Positions 1 to 11,035 of a DNA stretch of 64,000 nt are shown piece after piece. Origin of the DNA: an uncultured Phycisphaerales bacterium. GTDB taxonomy: Bacteria; Planctomycetota; Phycisphaerae; Tepidisphaerales; Tepidisphaeraceae. The stretch's first letter is position 1; the number at the start of each line of letters is the position of its first letter. The notes beneath the pieces are model-generated. The model did not search any database, was not told where the DNA came from, and saw only the letters and a program-made list of their open reading frames with translations. Made by a program: the position numbers and the translations under genes. Location of the stretch: assembly GCA_963758525.1 (NCBI GenBank), contig CAVWVQ010000003.1:2080001-2144000 (forward strand), in the 5' to 3' direction.

Positions 1-1663
1 TGCTGCAGAGCGCGGAGAAGGACTATCCCGAGTTGGTCAAACGCTGCGAAGAATTTGACAGAGATCTCATGGCCGACATGACCAGAGTCGGCGGAGCGAA
101 ATACGCGCAGATTGCGGCGCTGGCCTATCGCCAGTGCTTGTGCGCGTGCGGACTGGCGGCCGACGCCAACAAGCAGCCGCTCCTGTTTACGAAGGAAAAC
201 ACGAGCAATGGTGATGCTGCGACCGTCGACGTCATCTTCCCGATGGATCCGGTCTTCATCTTCATCAGCCCCACGCTCGCCAAGGCATCGCTGGTTTCCG
301 TGCTGGACTATGGCGCGTCGGAACGCTGGAAGTTTCCCTGCACCCGCACGATCTGGGAACCTATCCAAACGTCCGCGGCACCGATGACGGCGGCGAAGCC
401 ATGCCGGTCGAGGAAAGCGGCAACATTCTGATTCTGATGGATGCCATCGCTCACGACGATGGCAACGCCGACTTCGCCACGCGGTGGTGGCCGGCGCTGA
501 CGAAATGGGCGAACTACCTCGAGCAATTCGGCCTCGATCCCGAAGAGCAACTCTGCACTGACGACTTCATGGGCCATCTTGCTCACAACGCGAATCTGTC
601 GATCAAAGGCATTCTCGCCCTGGCCGCCTACGGCGATCTCTGCAAGATGCGCGGCGACGCCGCAGGCGCTGAAAAATATCAGGCGCTGGCGAAGGCAGAC
701 GCCGAGCACTGGGTAAAAGTTGCCGTGGAGGACGGCCACTCCCGCCTGGCGTTCGATAAGCCGAACACATGGAGTCAGAAATACAACCTGGTGTGGGACA
801 AGATCCTGGGTTTGAACGTGTTCCCGCCTTCGGTGGCAGAGAATGAGGTTGCCCACTACAAGACCGTCATGCAGAAGTACGGCGTCCCGCTCGATTCCCG
901 CACGCATCTCACCAAAACCGACTGGTCTGTCTGGATCGCGACGCTCGCAAACAATAGGGCTGACTTTGAGTCGATCATCTCTCCGATCTACGACTATCTT
1001 GACCAGACGACGACCCGCGATCCGCTGGCGGACTCCTACGAAACCGACAACATCCGCAGCGGCGGAATGCACGCCAGGCCGGTGGTCGGCGGGTTGTTCG
1101 TCAAAATGCTCTCCGATCCGGAGATTTGGAAGAAGTGGGCCATCGGCGACAAGCAACCGGCCGGCGACTGGGCGCCGCTTCCCAAGCGTCCCATCCTGAC
1201 GCAAGTCGTTCCGACCTCCCGGGAAATTGCTGCCACGTGGCGTTATACATTCGAGAAACCCGCCGGTGATTGGACCGCCGAGAGTTTCGACGACTCGAGT
1301 TGGAAGCAAGGTGAGGGAGTCTTTGGCCGTAACGTTGCCAGGGGCATACCGCAGCGAACGAAGTGGAACACGGACGACATCTGGCTTCGTCGAGAATTTA
1401 CGATGCCTGATATGCCTGAAGGTGGGTTCACCAACCTCCAGTTCAGCGTCTATCACGACGAAGATGTCGATGTCTGGCTGAACGGCGTTCCCGCCCTCCG
1501 CGAAGGCGGCTACAACAACAGCTACGAGCCCTTCGACATCTCCCCGCCCGCCAGGGAGCTTCTCAAGCCAGGCGCCAAGATCACGATCTGCGTCCACTGC
1601 CATCAGACGATCGGCGGACAGGGCATCGACGTTGGTCTGGTCAACGTATCAGATCCTCAATAG
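1..1663 (+). CDS. Glutaminase GtaA-like (DUF4965/DUF1793) protein with C-terminal beta-sandwich; 5' end outside the window; apparent frameshift near 343
   Basis: Motifs KENTSNG, TVDVIFP, PHDLGTYP (restored by adding one C near 343), MPVEESGN, QLCTDDF, WSQKYNLVWD and YGVPLDSR join ORFs 33..431 and 401..1663. Confidence 0.8.
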
Positions 1664-1671
1664 GTAAATGG

Positions 1672-3570
1672 ATGCTACAGATGCAGCAGCGGAGTTGGAT
1701 CATCAGAACGGTCGTGGCGGGGCTTCTCGGAGCCGTCGCTCCCGCCCTGGCTCAGGTTTCCGGCGGGAAGCTGCCGACGCGCTGGGACAAAGACGTTTCG
1801 CCCACCAGCCCCCTGCCCGAATATCCGCGCCCGCAGTTGGTCCGCCTCAAATGGCAAAGTCTGAACGGCCCCTGGGACTATGCTGTTACCGACCCCAAGG
1901 CCACTGCGGCGCCGACGACGTACGTTGGCAAAATTCTCGTGCCCTACCCATACGAATCGGCGCTGAGCGGCGTTGGCAAGCCGAGCATTGTCGATAAACG
2001 GTTGTGGTATCGGCGCACCTTCACGATTCCCCCCGCCTGGCGCGGGAAACGCGTGTTGCTCCACTTTGGCGCGGTCAACTGGAACAGCACCGTCATCGTC
2101 AACGATACGAATCTCGGTGAACACACCGGCGGCTATGACGCTTTCGATTTTGACATCACAGACGCCCTCAAACCCGGAGACAACCAACTCATCGTCTCGG
2201 TTCAGAATCCCCTCTATCACGATGTGACGTGCGCGCAGGTTCTCGGAAAACAGCGGCCCGATCCGAGTGGAATATTCTATAGCGGCGCCACTGGCATCTG
2301 GCAGAGCGTCTGGATCGAGCCGGTTCCCACGACGTACATCGCCGGCCTGAAGATCACGCCGGATGTCGATGCTGGCGCGCTGCATCTGAAGGTGCACACA
2401 AACGGCGATATTGACGGGAAGATCAGTGTCACGCTGATTGACGGGAAAATCACCCGCGGCACAACCGAGGGAGTTGCCAGCGCACCGATGACCATCCCCA
2501 TCATCAAGCCACATCTCTGGTCCCCCTCCGATCCGCACCTGTATGGTCTGAAAATCTCTTTCAGCCGGGCCGGCAGCCCGATGGACCGCGTGGAAAGTTA
2601 TGCGGCACTTCGCAAGATCTCCCTGGGCAAGGATGATCAGGGCCGCACCGTGATGCTGCTGAATAATCAGTTCGTCTTTGAAGTGGGTGCTCTGGACCAA
2701 GGCTACTGGCCCGATGGAATCTACACGGCCCCCACTGACGACGCGCTCAAGTATGACATCGAGACGGCTAAATCGTTGGGACTGAACCTCCTGCGCAAGC
2801 ACGCCAAGGTGGAACCCGAACGCTGGTACGCCTGGGCGGATAAAATTGGCATTTTGGTCTGGCAGGATATGCCGCAGGCTTTTGGCAACGACCTGACCGA
2901 CGCGACCAGGGAGCAATGGCTCACCGAATTAAACCGCATGATCGCCACGCATGACAACCACCCGTCCATCATCGTGTGGACGCTGTTCAACGAAGGATGG
3001 GGGCAGCACGACACTGAAGCGATCGCGCAGCATGCCAAACAGCTCGACCCGACGCGGCTCGTGAACGCCGCCAGCGGCGGATACAACCAGATCGTGGACG
3101 GCAAAATGAGTCAGTTTCGGCTGCCCGCGCCCGCCGGGGTGGGCGACATCAACGACACGCACGCCTATCCGGATCCCGCCACCGAGAAGCACGATGATTC
3201 GCGCGCGCTGGTTTGTGGCGAATTTGGCGGCATCAGCATGCGCGTCGCCGGTCATGTCTGGAGCACCGCCAACTTCGGCTATGGACGTGTCATGCCCGAC
3301 AGCTGGCACCTGACGCAGCGATACCAGAAAGTGCTCAACGAGGCTGACGGATTGCGAAGCCGGGTTGGAGCCAGCGCCGTCGTCTACACGCAGCTGACGG
3401 ACGTTGAAGAAGAGACCAATGGCCTGATGACCTACGACCGGGCCGTCGTGAAGCCGATCGTTGGTTTTGTCGTCGCCGCGAACCAGGGGCAATTTCCCCC
3501 TTTGCCGCCTGCGCCTGTCAGTCATGAGCCGTCACCAACCACAAGGAATGAACCGCAGCAGCGAAAATAA
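1672..3570 (+). CDS. Secreted glycoside hydrolase family 2 (beta-galactosidase/glucuronidase-like)
   Basis: Signal-like N-terminus, PEYPRPQL, LHFGAV, LDQGYWPDG, RKHAKVEP, WTLFNEGWG (acid/base Glu), GEFGG. Confidence 0.9.
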   Translation: MLQMQQRSWIIRTVVAGLLGAVAPALAQVSGGKLPTRWDKDVSPTSPLPEYPRPQLVRLKWQSLNGPWDYAVTDPKATAAPTTYVGKILVPYPYESALSGVGKPSIVDKRLWYRRTFTIPPAWRGKRVLLHFGAVNWNSTVIVNDTNLGEHTGGYDAFDFDITDALKPGDNQLIVSVQNPLYHDVTCAQVLGKQRPDPSGIFYSGATGIWQSVWIEPVPTTYIAGLKITPDVDAGALHLKVHTNGDIDGKISVTLIDGKITRGTTEGVASAPMTIPIIKPHLWSPSDPHLYGLKISFSRAGSPMDRVESYAALRKISLGKDDQGRTVMLLNNQFVFEVGALDQGYWPDGIYTAPTDDALKYDIETAKSLGLNLLRKHAKVEPERWYAWADKIGILVWQDMPQAFGNDLTDATREQWLTELNRMIATHDNHPSIIVWTLFNEGWGQHDTEAIAQHAKQLDPTRLVNAASGGYNQIVDGKMSQFRLPAPAGVGDINDTHAYPDPATEKHDDSRALVCGEFGGISMRVAGHVWSTANFGYGRVMPDSWHLTQRYQKVLNEADGLRSRVGASAVVYTQLTDVEEETNGLMTYDRAVVKPIVGFVVAANQGQFPPLPPAPVSHEPSPTTRNEPQQRK

Positions 3571-3785
3571 CTGACCGTCGCGCCCGGCAAAGAGTGCGCG
3601 ACGCTGGGAGTTGATGACCGCACCTGGAAAGATGCCGGCAGGCTTTTGCGTAATGACTTACCGACTTCCGCGCGCCCCAGGCGTGGGCGTGCGCGAATTT
3701 CCGGGCGCAACCCATTCGCGGCGAAATCCCGCTCGTGCCACCTCCCCTCGTACTGCTCCGAAAAGAGATGTGGGAGACCAAGAAA

Positions 3786-3893
3786 TGCCCAATGCCCAAT
3801 GGCCAACAAAATCCCAAATTGCAATGACCAATGCGAGAACCAGCCTTGAGACTTGGACCTTGGGGCTTTGTTGGCCATTGGGCCTTGGACATT
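3786..3893. repeat. Intergenic inverted repeat built on CCAATG heptamer-like units
   Basis: ccaatggccaacaaaatcccaa pairs with ttggggctttgttggccattgg. Confidence 0.6.
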
Positions 3894-4079
3894 TCTGCTC
3901 TGAAAGGAGACGCCACCCACGCCACCCAATGTCCCCGCAAATTCACGCACGCCCCTTGGGCGGTTGGTTCCGGCACGAGTCTGCGGCACGAGTCTCGCGA
4001 CGGGCGCGGTTTGGGCCTAAAATGGGAGGATGCGGGCCGAGTGCGGCGGAGAGGGATGAGCACTTCGTGAACTAAGCCT

Positions 4080-5762
4080 ATGCCTTCGGATCAATCAACG
4101 CGGGATCGGCGTTTTATCGCCCCGGTGCAATGCGACATCTGCGGGGTGTCGGCGCCGGGTCTGCGCCTGATTAAAGATGTGGCGGGGTCGGGATATTGCG
4201 ATTCGTGCTTTCGGCGGCTGCGGAGCGGAACCGAGGAGATTCCGGAAAGCGACGGGGTTCGATTTCGCTGTTCGACCTGCGGGACTCCAACGAAGCCGCG
4301 CGAGCTGCGGGAACTGGGCGAGCAGTTGATCTGCCGGAAATGCCTGGCGTCAACTTCGGGGGATAGTTCGGCGGGCTCGGTGGCGGGAATGTCGCTGGCG
4401 GGGGCACGGGCTGCCGCCACCGCCGCCAATGCGGCGGAGATCGTGGCGCATCTCGAGGGGCCGCTGCCAGGGAACATTCTTCAGAAGCTGACGTGCCCGC
4501 ATTGCTGGAATGTTTTTCCGCCAGATCAGATCCTGTGGATCTCGCAGCATGCGGAGTTGATGGGAGATCCGGTGCTGGGGGCCGAGGCGCCGGTGCGGTT
4601 TCGGCCCAGCCGGTTTAACGCGCGGGGCGAAGCGCTCGATGGGCGCGACGTGCCGTGCCAGCATCTGGCGTGTCCGCGATGTCATCTGGAGTTGCCGCGG
4701 GCCGTCATCGAGGCTGAGCCGCTGTTCATGTCGATCATTGGAGCGCCCGCCAGCGGGAAATCGCATTTGCTGGCGAGCATGACGTGGGCGCTGCGACGGC
4801 TGCTGCCGGAGAAATTCTCACTGGCGTTCAACGATGCGGACACGCTCTCGAATCACATTCTCGCGGGATATGAGCAGACGCTCTTTTTCGCGGACGACAC
4901 CGATCTGCCGGTGGCGATCCAAAAGACCGAGCTGCACGGCGAACTCTATGACGAAGTGCGCCTCGGCCAGCAGATCATCAGTCTTCCGCGGCCGTTCCTA
5001 TTTACGCTCCGCCACACAGGGCGTGCCATCGGGCAGACGGACGCGGCCCGAATGCGCGTCATCTGCCTGTACGACAACGCGGGCGAGCACTTTCATCCGG
5101 GGATGGACTCGCTGTCGTCACCCGGCACGCAGCACCTGGCCAAGTCGCGCGTGCTGCTGTTTCTGTTCGATCCGACGCAGAACCCGCGCTTCCGCGATCA
5201 TTGCCGAACCTTCAGCTTCGATCCGCAGCTCTACGGCGCATCCCGCACCGAGCGGCAGGAGACGATCCTCACCGAGTCGGCGCAGCGGGTTCGACGATAC
5301 GTCGGGCTCTCCCCACACAAGAAGCACGACCGGCCGCTGCTGGTGATCGTCTCCAAAGCGGATATCTGGGCTCCGCTGCTCAAGGCAAACATCGACACCG
5401 AGCCGCTGGTTTCGGTTGGTGACGGATCGTCGGCCGCGGTCGATCTGCCGCGCATCGAGGAGACGTCGCGCGAGCTGCGGTCGCTGCTCAAGACGTGGGC
5501 GCCGGAGTTCGTGGCGGCAGCGGAAGACTTCTGCAACACGGTGCTGTACGTTCCGGCAAGCGCACTGGGGCGCGGGCCGGAATTGAAGGAGGAGACGGGG
5601 CTGCTGACGATCCGCCCGCGCGACATCCATCCGAAGTGGGTGACGGTGCCGGTGCTGTATATGCTGGCGAAGTGGGCGTCTGGCGTGCTCCCGGCGGTGC
5701 GAGCGCCGCAGGCTGCGAAGGCAAAGGCGTCCGCGCCGGTTCCGTCGCAGCGGAAGCAGTAG
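4080..5762 (+). CDS. TRAFAC-clade GTPase (double-GTPase-2-like) with N-terminal zinc ribbons
   Basis: G1 GAPASGKS, G2-like QKT, G3 YDNAGEHF, G4 VSKAD; CxxC pairs CDIC/CDSC, CSTC/CRKC, CPHC/CPRC. Confidence 0.8.
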   Translation: MPSDQSTRDRRFIAPVQCDICGVSAPGLRLIKDVAGSGYCDSCFRRLRSGTEEIPESDGVRFRCSTCGTPTKPRELRELGEQLICRKCLASTSGDSSAGSVAGMSLAGARAAATAANAAEIVAHLEGPLPGNILQKLTCPHCWNVFPPDQILWISQHAELMGDPVLGAEAPVRFRPSRFNARGEALDGRDVPCQHLACPRCHLELPRAVIEAEPLFMSIIGAPASGKSHLLASMTWALRRLLPEKFSLAFNDADTLSNHILAGYEQTLFFADDTDLPVAIQKTELHGELYDEVRLGQQIISLPRPFLFTLRHTGRAIGQTDAARMRVICLYDNAGEHFHPGMDSLSSPGTQHLAKSRVLLFLFDPTQNPRFRDHCRTFSFDPQLYGASRTERQETILTESAQRVRRYVGLSPHKKHDRPLLVIVSKADIWAPLLKANIDTEPLVSVGDGSSAAVDLPRIEETSRELRSLLKTWAPEFVAAAEDFCNTVLYVPASALGRGPELKEETGLLTIRPRDIHPKWVTVPVLYMLAKWASGVLPAVRAPQAAKAKASAPVPSQRKQ

Positions 5763-5793
5763 ATGCGGAGGAAAGAACCGCGGAAATCATACG

Positions 5794-6524
5794 ATGGCCT
5801 GGGAGCTTTATTACACGTCGGCGCGCGCGGCTTGCGAATCGGGAGCAGGGGGTTCTGCACCGTGGCGCGGACGGAAGGGATGCCGTTGGCGACAGCCGAT
5901 CGGCTTGAATCGCTCAGCGGATATCAGCCGGCCGCGGCGCACGCCAGCAATCCGGCGGGCGCGCCGGCGTTGCTTGCCCATTGGCGTCTTGCGACCCTGG
6001 GACGGCCGCGCAGCGTGCTTTCGCGCGTTGCAATGGGGGGCTCGGATTATTCGGGGCGGCTCAACAAGTTCGCGTATCACTTGATGCTCGAGACTGCCGA
6101 GCAGGCGGCCGCGGGACCGGCGTGGATGCTGGCGCAGCCGGGGATCATGAAGACAACGTGGGAAGGAGAACCGCGCGTGCTACCCCCCTTGAGGTTGTCG
6201 ATTTCCGCCGGGAGCGACGGGTTATCGGACCAGGCGGCGGGCAATTGTCATGCGCGCGTCTTAGCCGATGCATTTGTGGCGGACGCGACAAAATCCGCCT
6301 GCGTCGTCTATCCGCCCGGCGTCGACCCATTGCCGTTGCTGGCGGACGCGCTGGCGCTGTTGGACGCGCGGCTGCGCTGGCAGGTGACCTTCAGCACGTG
6401 CTTCAGCGAGCTGTCGGCGGGGCTGAGTTGCAACTGGCGTTGCATGCCCGCGGGAACCCCCGCCGCGGCTGATGCGGCGCGTCATGCCACCAGCGGTGTG
6501 GTGATCGATCTGACTGCGCACTGA
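5794..6524 (+). CDS. GAP1-N2 (plus GAP1-M-like) domain protein; apparent frameshift near 5825
   Basis: MAWELYYTSA joined by one missing base to RGLRIGSRGFCTVARTEGMP...LESLSGY...DYSGRLNKFAYHL...RWQVTFST matches the GAP1-N2 pattern. Confidence 0.75.
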
Positions 6525-6526
6525 AC

Positions 6527-7546
6527 ATGGTGGATTACAAGGAGATTCCCGAGCTCATCCGCGCCTTCCTGGCCGCCAGCGACTCCGCGGGCCAGCGGGG
6601 GTGGAACGATGAAACCGCTGACCTGGCGGCGTCCTATATCACGCTGGTCAAGGAAGCCAACGACCGGCTGCGGCGCTGCGCCGAATACCTGCAGCGCGGG
6701 ATGCGATCCGAGGCGATTCACCTGGCGGAATGTCAGCCGAGATTGCTCGAACTGGCCGAGGCGCTGCGTCTTCCCGACCCGGCGGTGTGGACGCGCGCCT
6801 GCATGGCGCACGGGCTTCCCCCGCCCCCGGAGTTACTGACCGATGGATTGGACAAGATCGAGGAAGCATTCGGCATCGAGCGCGCCCTCGAGCCGCTGCT
6901 GGCGCGGCATCGGCTGCTGGCGCTGGCGCAGTCGCCTGTGAAAAACCGCCAGGAAGTGCTCCGGGCGGTCTTCGAGCAGGATCCGGAAAATCCGAGTTGG
7001 GACGAAGGGCTGCGCCTGCTAGACGTCGCGCGGTTCAAGGAGCTGCGCGCCGAGGCCAAGGTCGCGTTTAACGCGCATGACCGCGCGGCATTGGAGCGGC
7101 TGGTCGATGAGTTGGAAACGCACCCCCCGCGCGCGGCGGTGCCGGATGATTTGCGGGACGGATTGAACAAGGCGTTGAACTCCGTACGGCTCGAAGCGGC
7201 GCGGAAGCTGCTGTTGCCGCTGCTTGGCGAGCTCGACGCGGCGCGGGCGGCGGGAAATTACGAGGTGGCGACGGAGTTGCTGGGCCGATGGCAGCAAACC
7301 GTGGACGCGGCGAAGGTGGTTTTGCCGCCTGAGCTTCAACAGAAGGTGCGACCGACAATCGTGTGGCTCGCGTCGGAAAGTCATCGACAGGGTGTCGAGC
7401 GAAAGCGCCAAATGATTCAGCCGATCATTCAGACGGGCCAGCGTGACATCAAATCGGTGCAGCGCAATCGCAACCTGCTGATCGGCGGGATCGGCGCTGC
7501 CGCGGCACTCGTTGGCTGGGGCCTCGTACACCTGTTGCGTCATTGA
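6527..7546 (+). CDS. All-helical protein with C-terminal TM, third component of the GTPase/GAP1 operon
   Basis: Starts 2 nt after the GAP1 stop; ANDRLRRCAEYLQRGMRSEA; C-terminal hydrophobic LLIGGIGAAAALVGWGLVHLL. Confidence 0.65.
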   Translation: MVDYKEIPELIRAFLAASDSAGQRGWNDETADLAASYITLVKEANDRLRRCAEYLQRGMRSEAIHLAECQPRLLELAEALRLPDPAVWTRACMAHGLPPPPELLTDGLDKIEEAFGIERALEPLLARHRLLALAQSPVKNRQEVLRAVFEQDPENPSWDEGLRLLDVARFKELRAEAKVAFNAHDRAALERLVDELETHPPRAAVPDDLRDGLNKALNSVRLEAARKLLLPLLGELDAARAAGNYEVATELLGRWQQTVDAAKVVLPPELQQKVRPTIVWLASESHRQGVERKRQMIQPIIQTGQRDIKSVQRNRNLLIGGIGAAAALVGWGLVHLLRH

Positions 7547-7643
7547 GGACGAGGCGCTGGCTGCGCCCGCAACCCAAAGCAAAGAATCTGACCGCGGATG
7601 AACGCAGGGAAAGAGATTGAACCGCTGATAAACGCCGATGAAC

Positions 7644-7905
7644 CCAGCGCTGCCTCGCTTCGCTCGGCCGCAACCAAACGAAGAGCCGCGAAGACGCGAA
7701 GACGCGAAGAGAGACGCGAAGGTAAGAAAATCAAAAATGCGGGATCGAAGCCCAAGGAATTGTGCCTTCGGGTTTCAGGTGCAATTGAATTGTCTTCCTT
7801 CGCGTTTGTCTTCGCGTCTTCGCGTCTTCGCGGCTCTTGATCTTTTGGCTGATCGCCTGCCCGGGAAAATTTGCGCAGCGCGCGAAGATCTCAATGGGTT
7901 GTGAC
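7644..7905 (+). repeat. ~260-bp non-coding module with inverted CGCGAAGA arrays, copy 1
   Basis: Near-identical reverse complement at 15627-15887; partial end at 61708-61769. Confidence 0.85.
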
Positions 7906-7914
7906 GCAGATTGG

Positions 7915-8298
7915 TCAGAGACTTCGTACGATTCGTTTAATGTCCACTTGTGGTTTCCCGAAGTTAATCAAGAGGCAAATGTGAAGGCCGGTCGCCTTGA
8001 GATAGTTGATGCATTGTGCCATGTGGATCTCGTCGAATGACTTCACTACCTTGAGTTCCACGATGACACATCCTTCAACCAACAGGTCCGCGTAATAATC
8101 GCCTGCTACCTCGCCGCGCCACAGGACTGGTATCGGATGCTGCTGCGAAACCGCGAGGCCCACATGACGCCGCTCGATGCGTAAAGCGTTCTCATAGACT
8201 TTCTCCAGGAACCCACTTCCCAGCCCATTGGCAACATCGTATGCGCAACCGATGATCTTCTCAGTGATTTCATTCAATCTGCGTTCATTTGCGTTCAT
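7915..8298 (-). CDS. GxxExxY protein (PD-(D/E)XK nuclease-like family)
   Basis: LGSGFLEKVYENAL, ADLLVEGCVIVELK, Q..NYLKATG..LLINFG. Confidence 0.92.
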   Translation of the reverse strand: MNANERRLNEITEKIIGCAYDVANGLGSGFLEKVYENALRIERRHVGLAVSQQHPIPVLWRGEVAGDYYADLLVEGCVIVELKVVKSFDEIHMAQCINYLKATGLHICLLINFGKPQVDIKRIVRSL

Positions 8299-8572
8299 CT
8301 GCGGTTCCCTTTCTTCTGTTTGGCAAAGCAGTCACACCAGCAGCGGCGTCGCCGACAGCATCGTGAAGAAGTGACGACGAATGCTTGGAGTTTAACGTAG
8401 AGAAGGGAGAGGTTGAACCGCGGATAAATGCCCTGAGGGCTGCCCCCAACGCAAGGCACGAAGGGAGGAAGGAGGGTGCTTGTTAAGAAAACAAGATGTG
8501 ACAATCTTGCTATGCGGGGCAACGACGCAGTATTTCCAGTCGTCCGGCGCCGCCCATTGCCGTGGAAGCGGA

Positions 8573-9895
8573 TCACGCCAGAAGCTGATCGTAGACCTTC
8601 TGGACCTTTTCGACGGTGTGTGCGATGGTGAATTGCTCGCCGACCCGCAGGCGTCCGCGCTCTCCCATCTGCGCCGCCGCCTGCGGGTCGGAGAGCATCT
8701 GACAGATCGCTTCGGCCATCGCCACGGGATCGCCCATCGGAACCAGCAGACCGGTTTCCCCATGCACGACGATTTCGGGAACGCCGCCGCCGTTGGTCGC
8801 CACGACAGGCTTCCCCAGCGACATCGCCTCGATTAATACTTGTCCGAATGGCTCGCCGGTGGTCGAGGCATGAACCAGCAGATCGATGCCCGCCATGTAT
8901 TGCTGAATGTTGCCGCGGAATCCCAGGAAGTCCACGTAGTCCTGCGTGCCGAGCTGGATCGCAAGCTCGCGGACTTCGGTCTCGTATTCTTTTTCATCGA
9001 AGAGCGCCGCGCCGACGATCTGAAACCGCGCCTCGGGAAACCGCCGGTGCGTCCACGCCGCCGCCTGCAGGAAAATGTGCTGACCCTTCCATCGCGTGAT
9101 GCGGCCCACCAGCGCCACGCAAGGGCCCCCGCAGCGCGTCACAGGGCCCTGTTCTTCGGTTGTGGTGCCGGTCCCGGAATCTGGCGCGGTAACGGTTCCG
9201 TCATGCACGACGCGCACGCCCGTGCGCGCGCCGATCGTGTCCCCATCATGCTCGTCCAGGCTGCGGGAGGACTCGATTGCGATGCCCGAGGGAATCGCCG
9301 CCGAACTCTGGGACCGGCGGCGGAGGGTGTTGAGCGTTGCACCGGAATTGGCGATGACCCACGTTGGGATAAACTTGGTCAGCACGCGAAACGCGTAGAC
9401 AACGGGGCTGGGCAGATAGTCGGAGTCGATGCGATCGCGAACGTGCCAGATCACCACCTTGCGGCAAAACCGCGCCGCCAAACCGCCGATGATGTCGGAT
9501 TTGAGAGAATTGGTGTGAACCAGGTCGACGTTCAGCCGGCGGATCCGCCGCGTGACTCCAAACACCGCGAGCAGCGTCTGATGAACTTCGCGAAGCCGCA
9601 GGAGTGACCGGACGCCCAGAGTATCCTTGCGCGCGTGCAGAACGCTGCCGGCAATCGAATAGAGATGCGTCTCGATCCCTGCGTCTTCCAGCTTGACGCG
9701 CAGCGGCCCGTCCTGCAGGAGAAGCACAACCGGGACGTACCGGCTCGTGTCGAGATTCTTGACGAGATTCAGCAGCGCGATTTCGCCGCCTCCCAGCGCG
9801 GCGGTGTGATCGATGTACAGCACGCGCCGGGGCGCGATCGCGTCCGCGACAGGCAACTCCGTTATTCCATCGATCGTTTGCGTCACGCTGCTCAC
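8573..9895 (-). CDS. Glycosyltransferase family 4
   Basis: GGGEIAL, HTNS, VGRITRWKGQ, EPFGQVLIEAM..GKPVV. Confidence 0.92.
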   Translation of the reverse strand: MSSVTQTIDGITELPVADAIAPRRVLYIDHTAALGGGEIALLNLVKNLDTSRYVPVVLLLQDGPLRVKLEDAGIETHLYSIAGSVLHARKDTLGVRSLLRLREVHQTLLAVFGVTRRIRRLNVDLVHTNSLKSDIIGGLAARFCRKVVIWHVRDRIDSDYLPSPVVYAFRVLTKFIPTWVIANSGATLNTLRRRSQSSAAIPSGIAIESSRSLDEHDGDTIGARTGVRVVHDGTVTAPDSGTGTTTEEQGPVTRCGGPCVALVGRITRWKGQHIFLQAAAWTHRRFPEARFQIVGAALFDEKEYETEVRELAIQLGTQDYVDFLGFRGNIQQYMAGIDLLVHASTTGEPFGQVLIEAMSLGKPVVATNGGGVPEIVVHGETGLLVPMGDPVAMAEAICQMLSDPQAAAQMGERGRLRVGEQFTIAHTVEKVQKVYDQLLA

Positions 9896-9973
9896 TAAAT
9901 CCGCGGGATTTGCCGCGCACCGTTAAACTACACGAAAGCCGACAGCCGGCGGCCGTTACCGCTCCGATCGCGT

Positions 9974-10942
9974 TTACTGGGGAAAATCCTTGTCCATCCA
10001 AATGCTGGCCAAATCACCGCTGGGGCCGTCGCCCGGCAAAGCGATGGTACCGCCGCTCTTCAAGATTGCGACGTTGTCGACATGCCCGTCGGCAAACAGC
10101 ACATTCATCCGTCCTCGATGCCGGATCAGATCAAAATTGATTGGGCCCGAGGTATTGAACCCGCCGGCATCAGACCCATGGTATACGTCGGCCATCGTGT
10201 CTGGCGCCGATGTGCAAAACATGTCAAACCGCTGCCATGCCCCAATACTCCCGTCGCCCTGCCCGTCGCAGAGAAGCATGGTCCGGCTCGGATTGCCGAT
10301 GGCGGGTATAAAGCCGGCGGCCCGGGCATGTCTGATGTCATACCGGGTATTATTCGGCCCGAATCCAAGTGCATCGTTGTTGTCACAATAGCTTGAATAG
10401 CCGGTCAAGTGAGTGTTGAAAGCGGCTCCATCCTCGATGATGCTGCCGAACGATGAAGGGGCGCACTCCGCGATGTTTTGATCGGAGGGGCATGAGAACA
10501 TGGCCTGCAACGGCCCGACGGCGATGTCGGCCTCCACCGTAAAATAGTAGTCGGAGCGGCAGGGCATCCCCAGATACGGCGCCAGTGCGGCGGGCAGCGC
10601 CGTTGGCCGAAGACCGCCCCAATCCGCGAGGTAGTCGTATTTTTGCATTGCCGCATCGGCGAGGTTTTCCGGGGTGTCCTGGGAAGTCCCGGTCGGGCCG
10701 GCGTACTGAGCGCCCACCAGCGGGAAATATTGGTGGTGTTCATTGGCGTGCAACATCATCGCCTGCCCGATCGAGCGAAGGTTGACCTCGCATTTCAGCG
10801 AATTGGCCGCCTCCCGCGTGCGGGCGAGAACCGGCAGCAGAATCGACAGCAACAGGGCGATGATGGCGATCACCACCAGCAGTTCCAGGAGCGCAAAGCC
10901 AGCGCGCAACTCACGGAACCGGGTTGTGCATCGGTAGCGCAT
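9974..10942 (-). CDS. Prepilin-type N-terminal cleavage/methylation protein with C-terminal H-X9-DG motif (DUF1559-like)
   Basis: AGFALLELLVVIAIIALLLSILLP..AREAAN..C..NLRSIG; HRGRMNVLFADGHV. Confidence 0.88.
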   Translation of the reverse strand: MRYRCTTRFRELRAGFALLELLVVIAIIALLLSILLPVLARTREAANSLKCEVNLRSIGQAMMLHANEHHQYFPLVGAQYAGPTGTSQDTPENLADAAMQKYDYLADWGGLRPTALPAALAPYLGMPCRSDYYFTVEADIAVGPLQAMFSCPSDQNIAECAPSSFGSIIEDGAAFNTHLTGYSSYCDNNDALGFGPNNTRYDIRHARAAGFIPAIGNPSRTMLLCDGQGDGSIGAWQRFDMFCTSAPDTMADVYHGSDAGGFNTSGPINFDLIRHRGRMNVLFADGHVDNVAILKSGGTIALPGDGPSGDLASIWMDKDFPQ

Positions 10943-11035
10943 GCAAATGGGGAGAACAAACCTTCGATCTACGTCACTACGGCTCAATAGAAGTGAAGTT
11001 CCACTAATCCTCAAGATATCGGATCCGATTGCAAT

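Larger units (their letters stand above)
7553..8414. mobile_element. GxxExxY cassette, copy 1 (gene intact), bounded by inverted GATGAACGCA-type decamer arrays
   Basis: Flanks are near-identical to 15368-16009; homology starts at ggcgctggc and ends at agaagggagaggtt. Confidence 0.6.

Noticed and set aside
5763..5830. N-terminus MRRKEPRKS of ORF 5763..6524
   Set aside because: The conserved start is MAWELYYTSA at 5794 in another frame.
7540..7904. Short ORFs repeated at 15562-15926 (e.g. FAFVFASSRLRGS)
   Set aside because: They are translations of the non-coding repeat module.
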